A DNA stretch of 33,012 nt. Origin: Acidimicrobiia bacterium. GTDB lineage: Bacteria; Actinomycetota; Acidimicrobiia; Spongiisociales; Spongiisociaceae. The DNA is taken from the NCBI GenBank assembly GCA_041576165.1, contig JBFGLM010000049.1, forward strand, positions 1 to 33,012, read 5' to 3'. Of the stretch, positions 9,390 to 17,779 are shown piece by piece (position 1 is the first letter of the stretch; the number at the start of each line of letters is the position of its first letter). A model generated the notes under the pieces. That model searched no databases. It had not been told where the DNA came from and saw only the letters and a program-made list of their open reading frames with translations. The translations under genes and the position numbers were made by a program.

Positions 9390-10010
9390 CTATTCGATCA
9401 TTCCTTCCCGCAACCCTACGGCGACAGCTTCGGCGCGGCTCGATACGTCGAGCCGGTCGAAGATCCCACGAAGGTACGTCTTCACCGTGGCCTCCGCGAC
9501 CTGCAGTTCGGTGGCAATCTGCTTGTTCTCGAATCCGTCCGCGACAAGCTGGAGCACTTGGCGTTCTCGGGGGCTGAGATGAGGCGCCGGTTCATGCGGG
9601 TCAGTGTCGGTGATCAAGGGAGCGATGACGTTGCCCTGCAAATAGGAGCCCCCTTCGGCGATCGTGTGAAGGGCGCGTATCAGTTCGTCCCGCCCGGTAT
9701 TCTTGAGAAGGTATCCCGATGCGCCGAGCTCGACCGCGCGGCGAACATACGCCGGCTGGTCGTGCATGGAGAGGACGGCCACCCGCACCTGGGGGAACTC
9801 ACGCCGGATGCGTTCCAGCGCATCCAACCCGCTCATGCCGGGCATCCGCACATCCAGCAGCACTATGTCAACGGGCGATTCAGCAAGCAACGCCAGCAGG
9901 GCCTCGCCCGACTCGGCTTCTCCGACGATTTCGATCGAATCGGCGTCAGCGAGCATCCACCGGATGCCATCGCGGACGATCCGGTGGTCGTCGGCAATCA
10001 CGACTCTCAT
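9390..10010 (-). CDS. NarL/LuxR family response regulator
   Basis: VVIADDHRIVRDG, LLDVRMPGMSG, GASGYLLK, LSPRERQVLQLVADGFENKQIA...TVKTYL; ATGA overlap with the kinase stop. Confidence 0.95.
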   Translation of the reverse strand: MRVVIADDHRIVRDGIRWMLADADSIEIVGEAESGEALLALLAESPVDIVLLDVRMPGMSGLDALERIRREFPQVRVAVLSMHDQPAYVRRAVELGASGYLLKNTGRDELIRALHTIAEGGSYLQGNVIAPLITDTDPHEPAPHLSPRERQVLQLVADGFENKQIATELQVAEATVKTYLRGIFDRLDVSSRAEAVAVGLREGMIE

Positions 10011-11365
10011 GGCGCGGGTTCCTCGAAGGGCAGCCACGCGCGCACTCTCGTACCGCGGGGTCGGCGCCGGGTCAGCTGGACTCCGCCTCCAAGCGCTTCC
10101 AGGCGCTCGCGAGTCGTCGCAAGGCCCAGGCCCGGCTCAGCTGCCAGGCCCACGCCGTCGTCCTCGACGATCAGCGCACCGACCTTTCCGTCCGACCGGA
10201 CGCGAATCCAGATGCTGCCGGCGTCAGCGTGCTTACGAACGTTGACTACGGCCTCCTGGGCGGCGCGGAACAGTGCCGTGCGCTGGACTGGTGACAGCCC
10301 ATCGAGATGATCGAGGATCTGGGTGTGTACATCGAGGTCGGTCTCCGACTCGGTGATCGCAGCCAGGTCGCGGATCGCAGTGGCAATCCCGGCATCCTCG
10401 GCCAGGCCCTGATGGAGCAGTTTCAATTCGCTCCGAAGCGTGCCGTCGATGTCCCGGACCAGACCTTCCAAGCGCTCGAGTTCATCGGCCACCGGGTCAT
10501 CGCCGGCCAGCTTCGACCGGCTACCTTCGATGCCGTACAGCAGCCGGTATAGCGGCTGGCCGATGTCATCGTGGAGTGCTCCCACAATCCGGCGGCGTTC
10601 GTCCTCCTGTGCTCTGAACACCGAGCCGAGCAGCCGTTCCGCCTGTCGCCGGCGCCGGTTGACCCCACGGGCGGTCGTGATGCCGAGTGCGGCCAGAAAA
10701 ATCGCGAGCATGCCGACCCCGAAGCCGATGCTCAGCCATACGTTGCGCCGGATGCTGCCCAAGGCTTCATTCAGGGAGTCGAGCCGCTGTTCGACCTCGA
10801 CGACCGTCACTACCGCTCCGTCCGGACCTCGCCGAGGCACGTAAACCTCGATCAGTTGCTCATGCGATCGATCGCCGGCATGGGCCGGATCACTGAGGTC
10901 AGAGATTTCGGTCGTCAACCGGCCTCCGAACGCCGCCAGCGCCGGCGGCGACAGCTGGAATTGGTCGCGAACCAGGTTGGCGTCGTCGGAGTACAGGATG
11001 ACCCCATCGGCCGACCACACCTTCACCCGTTCGGTCTCGCCCCCCAGCAGCTCGTGCTGGATCGCGGTTCCGAAATCGGCGAAAGCCGGGGTGCCAGGCC
11101 GGTCAGCAGCGGTCAAATCAGGTAGCGCGCCGACGTCGGCGGCGAGGAGGTCGGCCCGCGCAGCCAGCAGATTGGATCGGGCCGCACCCGTGATCGAGAA
11201 ACCCATCACAACCGTGAGGACCGCGGCTGCTCCGATCCCGAAGACCGCCAGGCGCCCCAAACCACCGATTTCTCGCCACTCGACTCGCAGGCCGCTGAAC
11301 AAGCCGGCCGTGCGGCTCGAGCCCTCGGCGGCCGTCGTGGGGGTTGGTTCCTTGATTGTGTCCAC
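10007..11365 (-). CDS. Membrane sensor histidine kinase (HisKA_3 type)
   Basis: Two TM segments around an extracytoplasmic domain; EDERRRIVGALHDDIGQ, QEAVVNVRKHA, VEDDGVG, GLGLATTRER. Confidence 0.93.
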   Translation of the reverse strand: MDTIKEPTPTTAAEGSSRTAGLFSGLRVEWREIGGLGRLAVFGIGAAAVLTVVMGFSITGAARSNLLAARADLLAADVGALPDLTAADRPGTPAFADFGTAIQHELLGGETERVKVWSADGVILYSDDANLVRDQFQLSPPALAAFGGRLTTEISDLSDPAHAGDRSHEQLIEVYVPRRGPDGAVVTVVEVEQRLDSLNEALGSIRRNVWLSIGFGVGMLAIFLAALGITTARGVNRRRRQAERLLGSVFRAQEDERRRIVGALHDDIGQPLYRLLYGIEGSRSKLAGDDPVADELERLEGLVRDIDGTLRSELKLLHQGLAEDAGIATAIRDLAAITESETDLDVHTQILDHLDGLSPVQRTALFRAAQEAVVNVRKHADAGSIWIRVRSDGKVGALIVEDDGVGLAAEPGLGLATTRERLEALGGGVQLTRRRPRGTRVRAWLPFEEPAP

Positions 11366-11450
11366 GGTCTAAACGTAGCCGGGCCGCCGGTCAATCGATC
11401 AACCGCCTGCGCCACCGGCTTCCCCACGTGGCGGCAGCCGTCATGTGAAT

Positions 11451-12308
11451 TCAATAATGCGACACGCTCAGCTGCGCTTGCGTGTCAAAGAGGCCGAGGG
11501 CTTTCTGGAGCGGCAGCGGGATCCGCACGGGAGAGCCGTCGAGCCGGGCGTCCTTGGTGGGTTGACCGCGCAGAATCCGGGCATCCCACTCGGGCCAGTC
11601 CGTCGGCTGATGGTTGGCCATGAGGGGCCAGGCGTCAGCGGCGGCGTACCCTTGGAGCAAGAGCCGGCGCGGCCGGTCCGACAGGTTGGGGCCAGAGCCA
11701 TGTAGAAGGCGCACGTGATGGAGCGAGATGTCGCCGATTTCCAGTTCGATCGGCACCGTGGCATCCATGTCGAAGCTCCCCGGCGCTACCGCTCCGACGA
11801 AGGTTCCGTCTTCGTAGTGATCGTGCACCGGTCCAAGGTGTGACCCTTCGAGAACCCGGAGGCAGCCGTTCTCGGTCGTGATCGGGTCGAGCGCGATGCC
11901 GATCTCGAGTAAGTCTTGGTTGGTATGTGGGTAATAACCCCAGTCGGTGTGCCATTCGACCTGACGTCCCCCGCCGGGGGCCTTGGCGTTGAGTTTGGTG
12001 TGGTGCCAGCGGATGTCCGGTCCGATGAGGGATTCGACCATGTCAAGCAGCGTGAGGTTGGCCAACGATGCTGCGTAGGCCGGGTGATGCTTGTGAGGGC
12101 TTTTGATGCGGCGGATGCGCGGTTGGTCGGCAGCATGGCCGTCGTCCAGTTCGATGACGCCGTCCGATTCGGTCATCGATCGCGATCGGTCGATGAACTC
12201 GTCGGTGATTGACTGCAGCTCGCCGATTTGTGAGCCGTCGAGAACATCTCGAACGATCAGGTAGCCGGTCTCCTCGTATTGGATGATCTGCTCGCTGTTC
12301 AGTGACAC
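11451..12308 (-). CDS. Phytanoyl-CoA dioxygenase (PhyH) family Fe(II)/2-oxoglutarate oxygenase
   Basis: YEETGYLIV, KLNAK, WHTD (HxD), ENGCLRVLEGSH, LLHGSGPN...R; GAGGAG before GTG. Confidence 0.92.
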   Translation of the reverse strand: MSLNSEQIIQYEETGYLIVRDVLDGSQIGELQSITDEFIDRSRSMTESDGVIELDDGHAADQPRIRRIKSPHKHHPAYAASLANLTLLDMVESLIGPDIRWHHTKLNAKAPGGGRQVEWHTDWGYYPHTNQDLLEIGIALDPITTENGCLRVLEGSHLGPVHDHYEDGTFVGAVAPGSFDMDATVPIELEIGDISLHHVRLLHGSGPNLSDRPRRLLLQGYAAADAWPLMANHQPTDWPEWDARILRGQPTKDARLDGSPVRIPLPLQKALGLFDTQAQLSVSHY

Positions 12309-12523
12309 TCGCGCTCCTCAACCGGGGCGCCGATGTTAGGGAGGGACGTTGGTGGAATGCCCCGCCTTCCCGGCATCTGCCACCGGAGGAGATCAGCACC
12401 CGTCCGGCTAGGCCTGGTGGGCCCCGCCTTCCAAGTCGGCTGCAAGTCGGATACTGATCGAGGTCCGATGATGAAGGAAAGCAGGCCGAAGCTCAGTTCC
12501 CGGCCTACATACAGGAGAGATGG

Positions 12524-13198
12524 GTGAAGCGAATCAATTACGGACCGGTGCCTGCGCTGGCGATCTTGGCGTTGCTCTTGCTGGCAGCGTGTGCGACCCC
12601 GCGCGCCGATAGCCCGGGCGCCGACCAGCCAGGGACGCCGGTGACATCCCAACCCGCCGGTAGCCCATCGACGACGGCTTCCAGCCCGCCGACCACCCAA
12701 CCAGTCCCGACCACGCAACCAGTCCCGACCACGCAACCAGTCCCGACCACGCAACCAGTCCCTACCACCATTGCCCCGTCGACGACTGTGCCGACCAACC
12801 TCTTTGCTGAAGGCTCCGGGTGCACTCCCGGTCCGGGCGCGCTCCCGGACGGAAGGTGGTTCGGATACGTATTGACGAGCGCGGCGAACCAGGTCGAGTT
12901 CGATCTCGCGTGTTGGTTTACCGGTGATGCCGCAATCGCCGCCGCGAAAGAGGATGGCCAGGAAACGCCGCCCAACGATTACTACATACGTAACGAGAAT
13001 CCAACGTCCAGGACCGTTGGCGCGACCGGTGACGCCCCCGTGGTGTGGTACCCGAATCTCGGAGACCCCTCATCCGAGGCAACGACGACCTTCGCCGAGT
13101 GGCTGACGCTGGTTGAAGAGCGGGATTTCATGCCGGGAGTCTGGATCGAGATCGTCAACGGTTTTGCCTCCTCGATACACGAACAGTGGGTTCCCTGA
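12524..13198 (+). CDS. Hypothetical lipoprotein with Pro/Thr-rich repeat linker
   Basis: Lipobox LLAAC; (PTTQPV)x4; globular C-terminal domain with two Cys; AGGAG upstream. Confidence 0.82.
   Translation: MKRINYGPVPALAILALLLLAACATPRADSPGADQPGTPVTSQPAGSPSTTASSPPTTQPVPTTQPVPTTQPVPTTQPVPTTIAPSTTVPTNLFAEGSGCTPGPGALPDGRWFGYVLTSAANQVEFDLACWFTGDAAIAAAKEDGQETPPNDYYIRNENPTSRTVGATGDAPVVWYPNLGDPSSEATTTFAEWLTLVEERDFMPGVWIEIVNGFASSIHEQWVP
12689..12769 (+). repeat. 18-bp coding tandem repeat, 4.5 copies
   Basis: CCGACCAC(C/G)CAACCAGTC at 12689, 12707, 12725 and 12743, plus a partial copy; encodes PTTQPV. Confidence 0.95.
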
Positions 13199-13219
13199 GC
13201 CCAGCCCTGTTCGTCGCCA

Positions 13220-13253
13220 CGAGAGCCCCGGTCCCCTCCCCCCGGGGCTCTCG
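13220..13253. terminator. Hairpin between convergent lipoprotein and SGNH genes
   Basis: 12-bp inverted repeat CGAGAGCCCCGG / CCGGGGCTCTCG. Confidence 0.7.
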
Positions 13254-13312
13254 CTTGTCTCGGGGACATGTTGGGTGACGCGGTTCGCCCATGACACGAT
13301 TCATCGGCGGGG

Positions 13313-14080
13313 TCAGGCCGGGTCGCGTCGCCGACGCAGCCGGCCCAAAGCCTCCTCGACCGTCGGCAGCAACGCATCCGCCCAGGCCTCATGTCCGAGC
13401 GCAGATGCGTGAAACAGGTCGTCCGCAAACATGTGACGACCGCTGTTGAAGGCGGCGGTGGTCAGCCGCCACTGGTCGACCTTCGCCACGCGCCGGCGGG
13501 CGGCCACCCGGCGGTGGACATGGTCGGCTACGTGCCCGGCAAGCGAAGCGAGCTTGTTCAATGGGAACGGCAGCCGCGGGATCGAGCCGAGATCGCCGAC
13601 CCCGAACAGGATCACCTGGTCGGCGACCGAACCCAGGCCGGACACGATCGCATCGAGATTTCGAGCAAACCTCCACACCGGGACGAGGTGCAGAACGTCG
13701 TTGGAGCCCACCGAGAGGATGGCGATATCCCAGCTCGCGGCCTGGGCCCGTGACAGCTGACGTTCGAGCACGTCGGCTGATCGGGAGCCACCCTCGGCCA
13801 GACAGACCAGCTCCACACGGTATCGGTCCGCCAGCCGGGCGGCGATCAGGCGGGGCCAGCTCGCATCCGGATCGGCCAGCCCGGGAGCCGTCACCGTGCT
13901 GTCTCCCAGCAGGAGGATTCGCAGAGTTGGGAGCGCCCCGTCGCCGAATTCGCCCGATATGTCGAGCCCGGTGAGCGACGGCACGCCCCGGTTGCGAGCA
14001 TGCATCACCTCGCTGGCGATCGTCGCCGCCACCCCCATGAAGAAGAACTGACCGAACCTCACAAGCGGCCGGGCGTCCAT
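13313..14080 (-). CDS. SGNH/GDSL hydrolase family protein
   Basis: Blocks LLGDST, GGSRS, VGSND and DLFHAS (DxxH); N-terminal hydrophobic segment. Start uncertain. Confidence 0.88.
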   Translation of the reverse strand: MDARPLVRFGQFFFMGVAATIASEVMHARNRGVPSLTGLDISGEFGDGALPTLRILLLGDSTVTAPGLADPDASWPRLIAARLADRYRVELVCLAEGGSRSADVLERQLSRAQAASWDIAILSVGSNDVLHLVPVWRFARNLDAIVSGLGSVADQVILFGVGDLGSIPRLPFPLNKLASLAGHVADHVHRRVAARRRVAKVDQWRLTTAAFNSGRHMFADDLFHASALGHEAWADALLPTVEEALGRLRRRRDPA

Positions 14081-14200
14081 GCCTCGAGTAGCCACTCGCC
14101 GGAGCCGTGGGGACGGGCCTGTCTCGGATGTTTCGACGGGGTCAGCCGCCGGCTTGGCGCTAGATGCCCATCTGATATGTCGTGGCCGCATGTGACGGAG

Positions 14201-14842
14201 CTAGGTCGGTGGCTGGCTCAGGCGGCATTCGCCCAGAGAACGAATGACCATTGCCAGACCGCGCTCGAACTGGTCCGCAAGATCGCACGCAGCGATCTCC
14301 GCCGCCAGTCGGTCGACGTGCTGGAGGGAGGGCCCATCCGGCGCGGCGAGTTCCCGCCGCGCCGCTCCACGCCGACCCCGCTCCTGATAGACGTACCCCA
14401 TGACATGGGTCAGGAGAAGATGCCACGCTGTGTGTGTGAGTTCCGCGTGGAAGCCGCCAGCTCGCATCGTGCCGATGAACGCGTCATACACCTCGCGGCT
14501 GGGCCCTGCCCCGGGATTGGCAATGAGCAAATCGAAGAGGTTCGGATGGGTCAGAAACCCACGGCGGGCCGAGCGGGCCAGGCCCCGGTACCACTCCTCC
14601 CAGTCGGCGCCCTCGCGCACCGGCAGCTCGATCCGTTCGAAGAAGACTTCGAGCACCCCGTCGATCAACGCCTGTTTGCTCGACATGTGTTTGTAGAAGG
14701 CGGTGGCGTGCACGCCCAGCTCGTCGGCGAGTCGTCGCATTGACAGCCCCGCGGGCCCGTCGCGGTCGACGATCGCAAAGGCGGTCTCGGCGATCAGCTG
14801 CGGAGTCAGCCGGCCTCGAGCGATGTTGGTTGTGGAGTCCAT
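14201..14842 (-). CDS. TetR family transcriptional regulator (TetR_C type)
   Basis: GLSMRRLADELGVHATAFYKHMSSKQALID HTH; C-terminal FERGLAMVI. Confidence 0.92.
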   Translation of the reverse strand: MDSTTNIARGRLTPQLIAETAFAIVDRDGPAGLSMRRLADELGVHATAFYKHMSSKQALIDGVLEVFFERIELPVREGADWEEWYRGLARSARRGFLTHPNLFDLLIANPGAGPSREVYDAFIGTMRAGGFHAELTHTAWHLLLTHVMGYVYQERGRRGAARRELAAPDGPSLQHVDRLAAEIAACDLADQFERGLAMVIRSLGECRLSQPPT

Positions 14843-14881
14843 AGCGCCTGACAAGTATACGGTGTTGACTTATCTTCCGCC

Positions 14882-14902
14882 GTGGTAAACAATGTTTACC
14901 AC
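14882..14902. promoter_or_regulatory. Candidate TetR operator
   Basis: Perfect inverted repeat GTGGTAAACA-A-TGTTTACCAC between divergent tetR and VOC genes; related site GTATACGGTGTTGAC at 14855-14869. Confidence 0.75.
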
Positions 14903-14958
14903 CAATGGGATCGGCCGATGAGCTCGGCTGAGCAGACCAAGGACCAGGAGGTGTCCCA

Positions 14959-15342
14959 ATGTCACGAGCCGTGGCTGCATTACAGATCCACACCCACGAT
15001 CAGGACGCGACCGCCCAGTTCTTCCGGACCGTGTTCGGCTGGGATTTTCGTCCATTCGATCCGATGCCCTGGACCCAGCGAGCGACGGCCGGTGCTACCA
15101 CGCTGGCCCTGGCACCAGTACACGACATGAACGGGCCCGGAGAAGTGACACTCGGCGTGTGGTCAGACGATCTTGCGACAGATCTCAGGCTGGTGGTGGC
15201 GGGCGGCGGGCACGTGCTCGTCGAGCCGAGTGACGGGCCGGGCGGCGCCAGGTTCGCCGTTGCGGCTGCCCCTGGAGGGACCAAAGTCTTGTTCTACGAC
15301 GCGCCCGGTGACACCGATCAGCAGCCGGGCAGCGCCGAGTGA
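14959..15342 (+). CDS. VOC (glyoxalase/bleomycin resistance) family protein
   Basis: TAQFFRTVFGWDF, DDL...VVAGGGHVLVEP, RFAVAAAPGG; AGGAGG RBS. Confidence 0.82.
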   Translation: MSRAVAALQIHTHDQDATAQFFRTVFGWDFRPFDPMPWTQRATAGATTLALAPVHDMNGPGEVTLGVWSDDLATDLRLVVAGGGHVLVEPSDGPGGARFAVAAAPGGTKVLFYDAPGDTDQQPGSAE

Positions 15343-15578
15343 CTTTGCAGGGCGACCATGTCGATCGGCGGTCATTGCTCGAGGGCGGCGTCCTCCACCC
15401 GGGCACCCTCCGCCCGCCCGGGTAGATTGGCCGGCTCGTGTGGGGCTAGGGATTGCGTCAGCCATGTTGGCCCGTGGGCGCGCGGAGATCATGCCGCCGA
15501 GCATTCGCCGCCCACTCGACGTCGTCGACCGCTGGTGAGCAGGCCGGGCGCACCCGAGGGCACGCGCCGGTTCAACTG

Positions 15579-15926
15579 TCAAGTGGGACGGTTGAACCGG
15601 CGGCTCACCAACCACACGGCTCCGGCGATGACGAGCAGTGCCTGATTGAGGCTGAACGCCGGCTTCCACGACACCTTGCCGGCCCGGATCACATAGGCGC
15701 CGGCCGGCCGACCGACCACTCCTGCGCCCCCGCCCTCGCCGGAGCCGGAGGAGCGCGGGTCGGTCCCGCTGCCCCCGCCGCCGCCTGTGATGACGGTGAA
15801 CGCCGGGATGATGGTCGTTCCGTCGCGATCGATCGGGTCGCCGTACACCCGGGTCGTCGACACCAGGGACTGCAGCCGCTCGAGGATCCGACCGGAAACG
15901 TTCGCCGAATGGATTGCCTGGTTCAT
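15579..15926 (-). CDS. YtfJ/GerW-like small protein with C-terminal membrane anchor
   Basis: VYGDPIDRDGTTIIP...GGGGGSG...GEGGGAG...PAGAYVI...VSWKP pattern; AGGAGG before ATG 15926. Confidence 0.78.
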   Translation of the reverse strand: MNQAIHSANVSGRILERLQSLVSTTRVYGDPIDRDGTTIIPAFTVITGGGGGSGTDPRSSGSGEGGGAGVVGRPAGAYVIRAGKVSWKPAFSLNQALLVIAGAVWLVSRRFNRPT

Positions 15927-15988
15927 GGGTGCGCCTCCTTCATGCCGCCCTTCTCTCATCATGCCTGTTGCGGCCTTGCGGCGTGATC

Positions 15989-16024
15989 TGACAGAAAGCT
16001 GGCATAGTTGCTAGTTTTCTGTCA
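15989..16024. promoter_or_regulatory. Inverted repeat overlapping the probable promoter of the regulator-modABC operon
   Basis: TGACAGAAAGCTGGCA-TAGT-TGCTAGTTTTCTGTCA (14/16 match), ending just before ATG 16026. Confidence 0.7.
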
Positions 16025-16025
16025 A

Positions 16026-17030
16026 ATGTGGACAGGTCTACGGGAGCACCGGGAGGCGGCCGGTCTGACCCAGGCCGAACTGGCGGACCGGGCCGGCGTC
16101 AGCCGCCAGTTGGTCGGGGCAGCCGAAGCCGGCCGGAACCTGCCCCGGGTCGACGCCGCCCTGGCGCTCGCTGCAGCACTCGGAATATCCGTCGAGTCGC
16201 TGTTCGGGTCGGGCCCCGACCCGGTAGACGTCATCGGCGGCACTCCACCGCCGCACGGTTCGCTGGTGCGGATCGGCCGGGTCGGGGAGCGGATTGTCAC
16301 GGCTCCGGTTGGCCTTGGTCGCGAAGGCTGGGAGCCGCCGGATGCTGCGGTGGAGGACGGGACACTTCGTCACTTGCGGCGTCGCGGTCCGGGGTTGGTG
16401 GTTGCCGGCTGCGAGCCGGGACTCCAAGCGCTCGAACGGCTGTTGCGCGACGACGGGATGGGCGCGGTGGCAGCGGTTGCATCGAGTGCGGCTGCGGTAG
16501 AGGCGCTGCGCGGCGGCAGGGTTCACGCCGCCGTCGTCCACGGCCCGAGGCTGGCGGATAGGGGTTCGCCCGACTCGCTGGACATCGACCGGTTCCATCT
16601 GACGCGCTGGCAGGTGGGCCTCGCCGCGCCGGCCGAGGCGGAAGCCGGGTGGTGGGAAGCCGCCCTGTCGGGGCGAACGGCGGTGATCCAGCGGGAACCA
16701 GGAGCCGGGGTCCAGCAGGCATTCGAACGGGCGCTGGCCGCACGCGCGGGCTCGGTTATCGGTCCTCGGGTCCCGACGCACCTCGAGGCCACCACCCGGG
16801 CGGTCCTGACCGGTACCCCGGCGGTGACCATCGAGCCGGCCGCGTTGGCAATGGGTGCTGCGTTTCACGCGCTCGAGACACATGAGGCGCAGATCTGGAT
16901 CGCCCGCACCTGGACGCACGAGCGGCCGGTCACCGACGCAATGAACATCATCACGAGCCCCGTTTTTCAGCGCCGGTTGGCGGCGGTCGGAGGTTACGAC
17001 CTGTCCGGATCCGGGGCGCATGTGGGATGA
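16026..17030 (+). CDS. XRE-type HTH fused to a PBP-like substrate-binding domain; putative molybdate-responsive regulator
   Basis: GLTQAELADRAGVSRQLVGAAEAG HTH; QREPGAG and C-terminal VGGYDLS resemble PBP_like domains; ATGA overlap with modA. Confidence 0.8.
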   Translation: MWTGLREHREAAGLTQAELADRAGVSRQLVGAAEAGRNLPRVDAALALAAALGISVESLFGSGPDPVDVIGGTPPPHGSLVRIGRVGERIVTAPVGLGREGWEPPDAAVEDGTLRHLRRRGPGLVVAGCEPGLQALERLLRDDGMGAVAAVASSAAAVEALRGGRVHAAVVHGPRLADRGSPDSLDIDRFHLTRWQVGLAAPAEAEAGWWEAALSGRTAVIQREPGAGVQQAFERALAARAGSVIGPRVPTHLEATTRAVLTGTPAVTIEPAALAMGAAFHALETHEAQIWIARTWTHERPVTDAMNIITSPVFQRRLAAVGGYDLSGSGAHVG

Positions 17031-17779
17031 GGCGAGGCTCCGGAGCGATAGCCGTGCTGGCTTGCAGCTTGCTCATTGCGTGCGCTGCGGACCGGGGCGA
17101 CCAGGCACCTCGCCTCGTCTTGGTGTCGGCTGCGGCTTCCCTCACCGACGCATTCGGTGCTATCGAAGCGGCCTTCGAAGCCGCCACCCCCGGCGTCGAT
17201 GTCGCATTGAATCTCGGGGGCACGTCCGCATTGCGAGAGCAGGTGCTCGCCGGCGCCCCCGCCGATGTGTTCGCCGCAGCGGACCGATCTCATATGGACC
17301 GTCTGGTCGAGGCGGGTGAAGTGGCAACTGAGCCGGTCGTCTTTGCCCGCAATGTGCTGGAAATAGCGATTCCTGTTGGTAATCCGGCCGGGATCAAAGG
17401 TCTCGAGGACTTTGCCGAGCCTGCCCTGCTCATCGGGCTGTGCGCAGAGCCTGTCCCGTGTGGTGAGCTGGGACGGCGGGTGCTGGACAACGCTGGGGTG
17501 ACGCCCGCAGTCGACACCAACGAGCCGGACGTACGGGCGCTGCTCACGAAGATCGAGGCGGGCGAACTCGACGCCGGTCTCGTCTACGCGACCGACCTGA
17601 CCGGCGGCCGCGCTGTCGAAGGCATTGTGATTCCGCCAGACATCAACGCCATCGTCGAATACCCGATCGCTGTGCTGCGAGGGGCCGACGATGCGCAGGC
17701 TGCGGAGGCTTTTGTGAGCTTCGTGATGTCCGCGCCGGGACAGCGGATTCTCGCCGGCCACGGATTCTTGGCGCCGTGA
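17027..17779 (+). CDS. modA: Molybdate ABC transporter substrate-binding lipoprotein
   Basis: Lipobox LLIAC; SAAASLTDAF, GAPADVFAAA, FARN, VPCG, DAGLVYATD. Confidence 0.95.
   Translation: MRRGSGAIAVLACSLLIACAADRGDQAPRLVLVSAAASLTDAFGAIEAAFEAATPGVDVALNLGGTSALREQVLAGAPADVFAAADRSHMDRLVEAGEVATEPVVFARNVLEIAIPVGNPAGIKGLEDFAEPALLIGLCAEPVPCGELGRRVLDNAGVTPAVDTNEPDVRALLTKIEAGELDAGLVYATDLTGGRAVEGIVIPPDINAIVEYPIAVLRGADDAQAAEAFVSFVMSAPGQRILAGHGFLAP

Noticed and set aside
9294-10310. 338-aa plus-strand ORF and similar long overlapping ORFs (e.g. 16038-17021, 20204-21241, 26225-27298, 27210-28202)
   Set aside because: They lie antisense to well-supported genes and lack recognisable domains.
12689-12769. 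CRISPR-like repeats
   Set aside because: Head-to-tail 18-mers with no spacers, in frame within a CDS, and no cas genes.
15343-15578. Possible small gene between the VOC and YtfJ-like genes
   Set aside because: No frame has a convincing start, RBS or motif.
15927-16025. Moco/Wco riboswitch upstream of the mod operon
   Set aside because: The region is too short and appears occupied by promoter and inverted repeat; I see no multi-stem aptamer.
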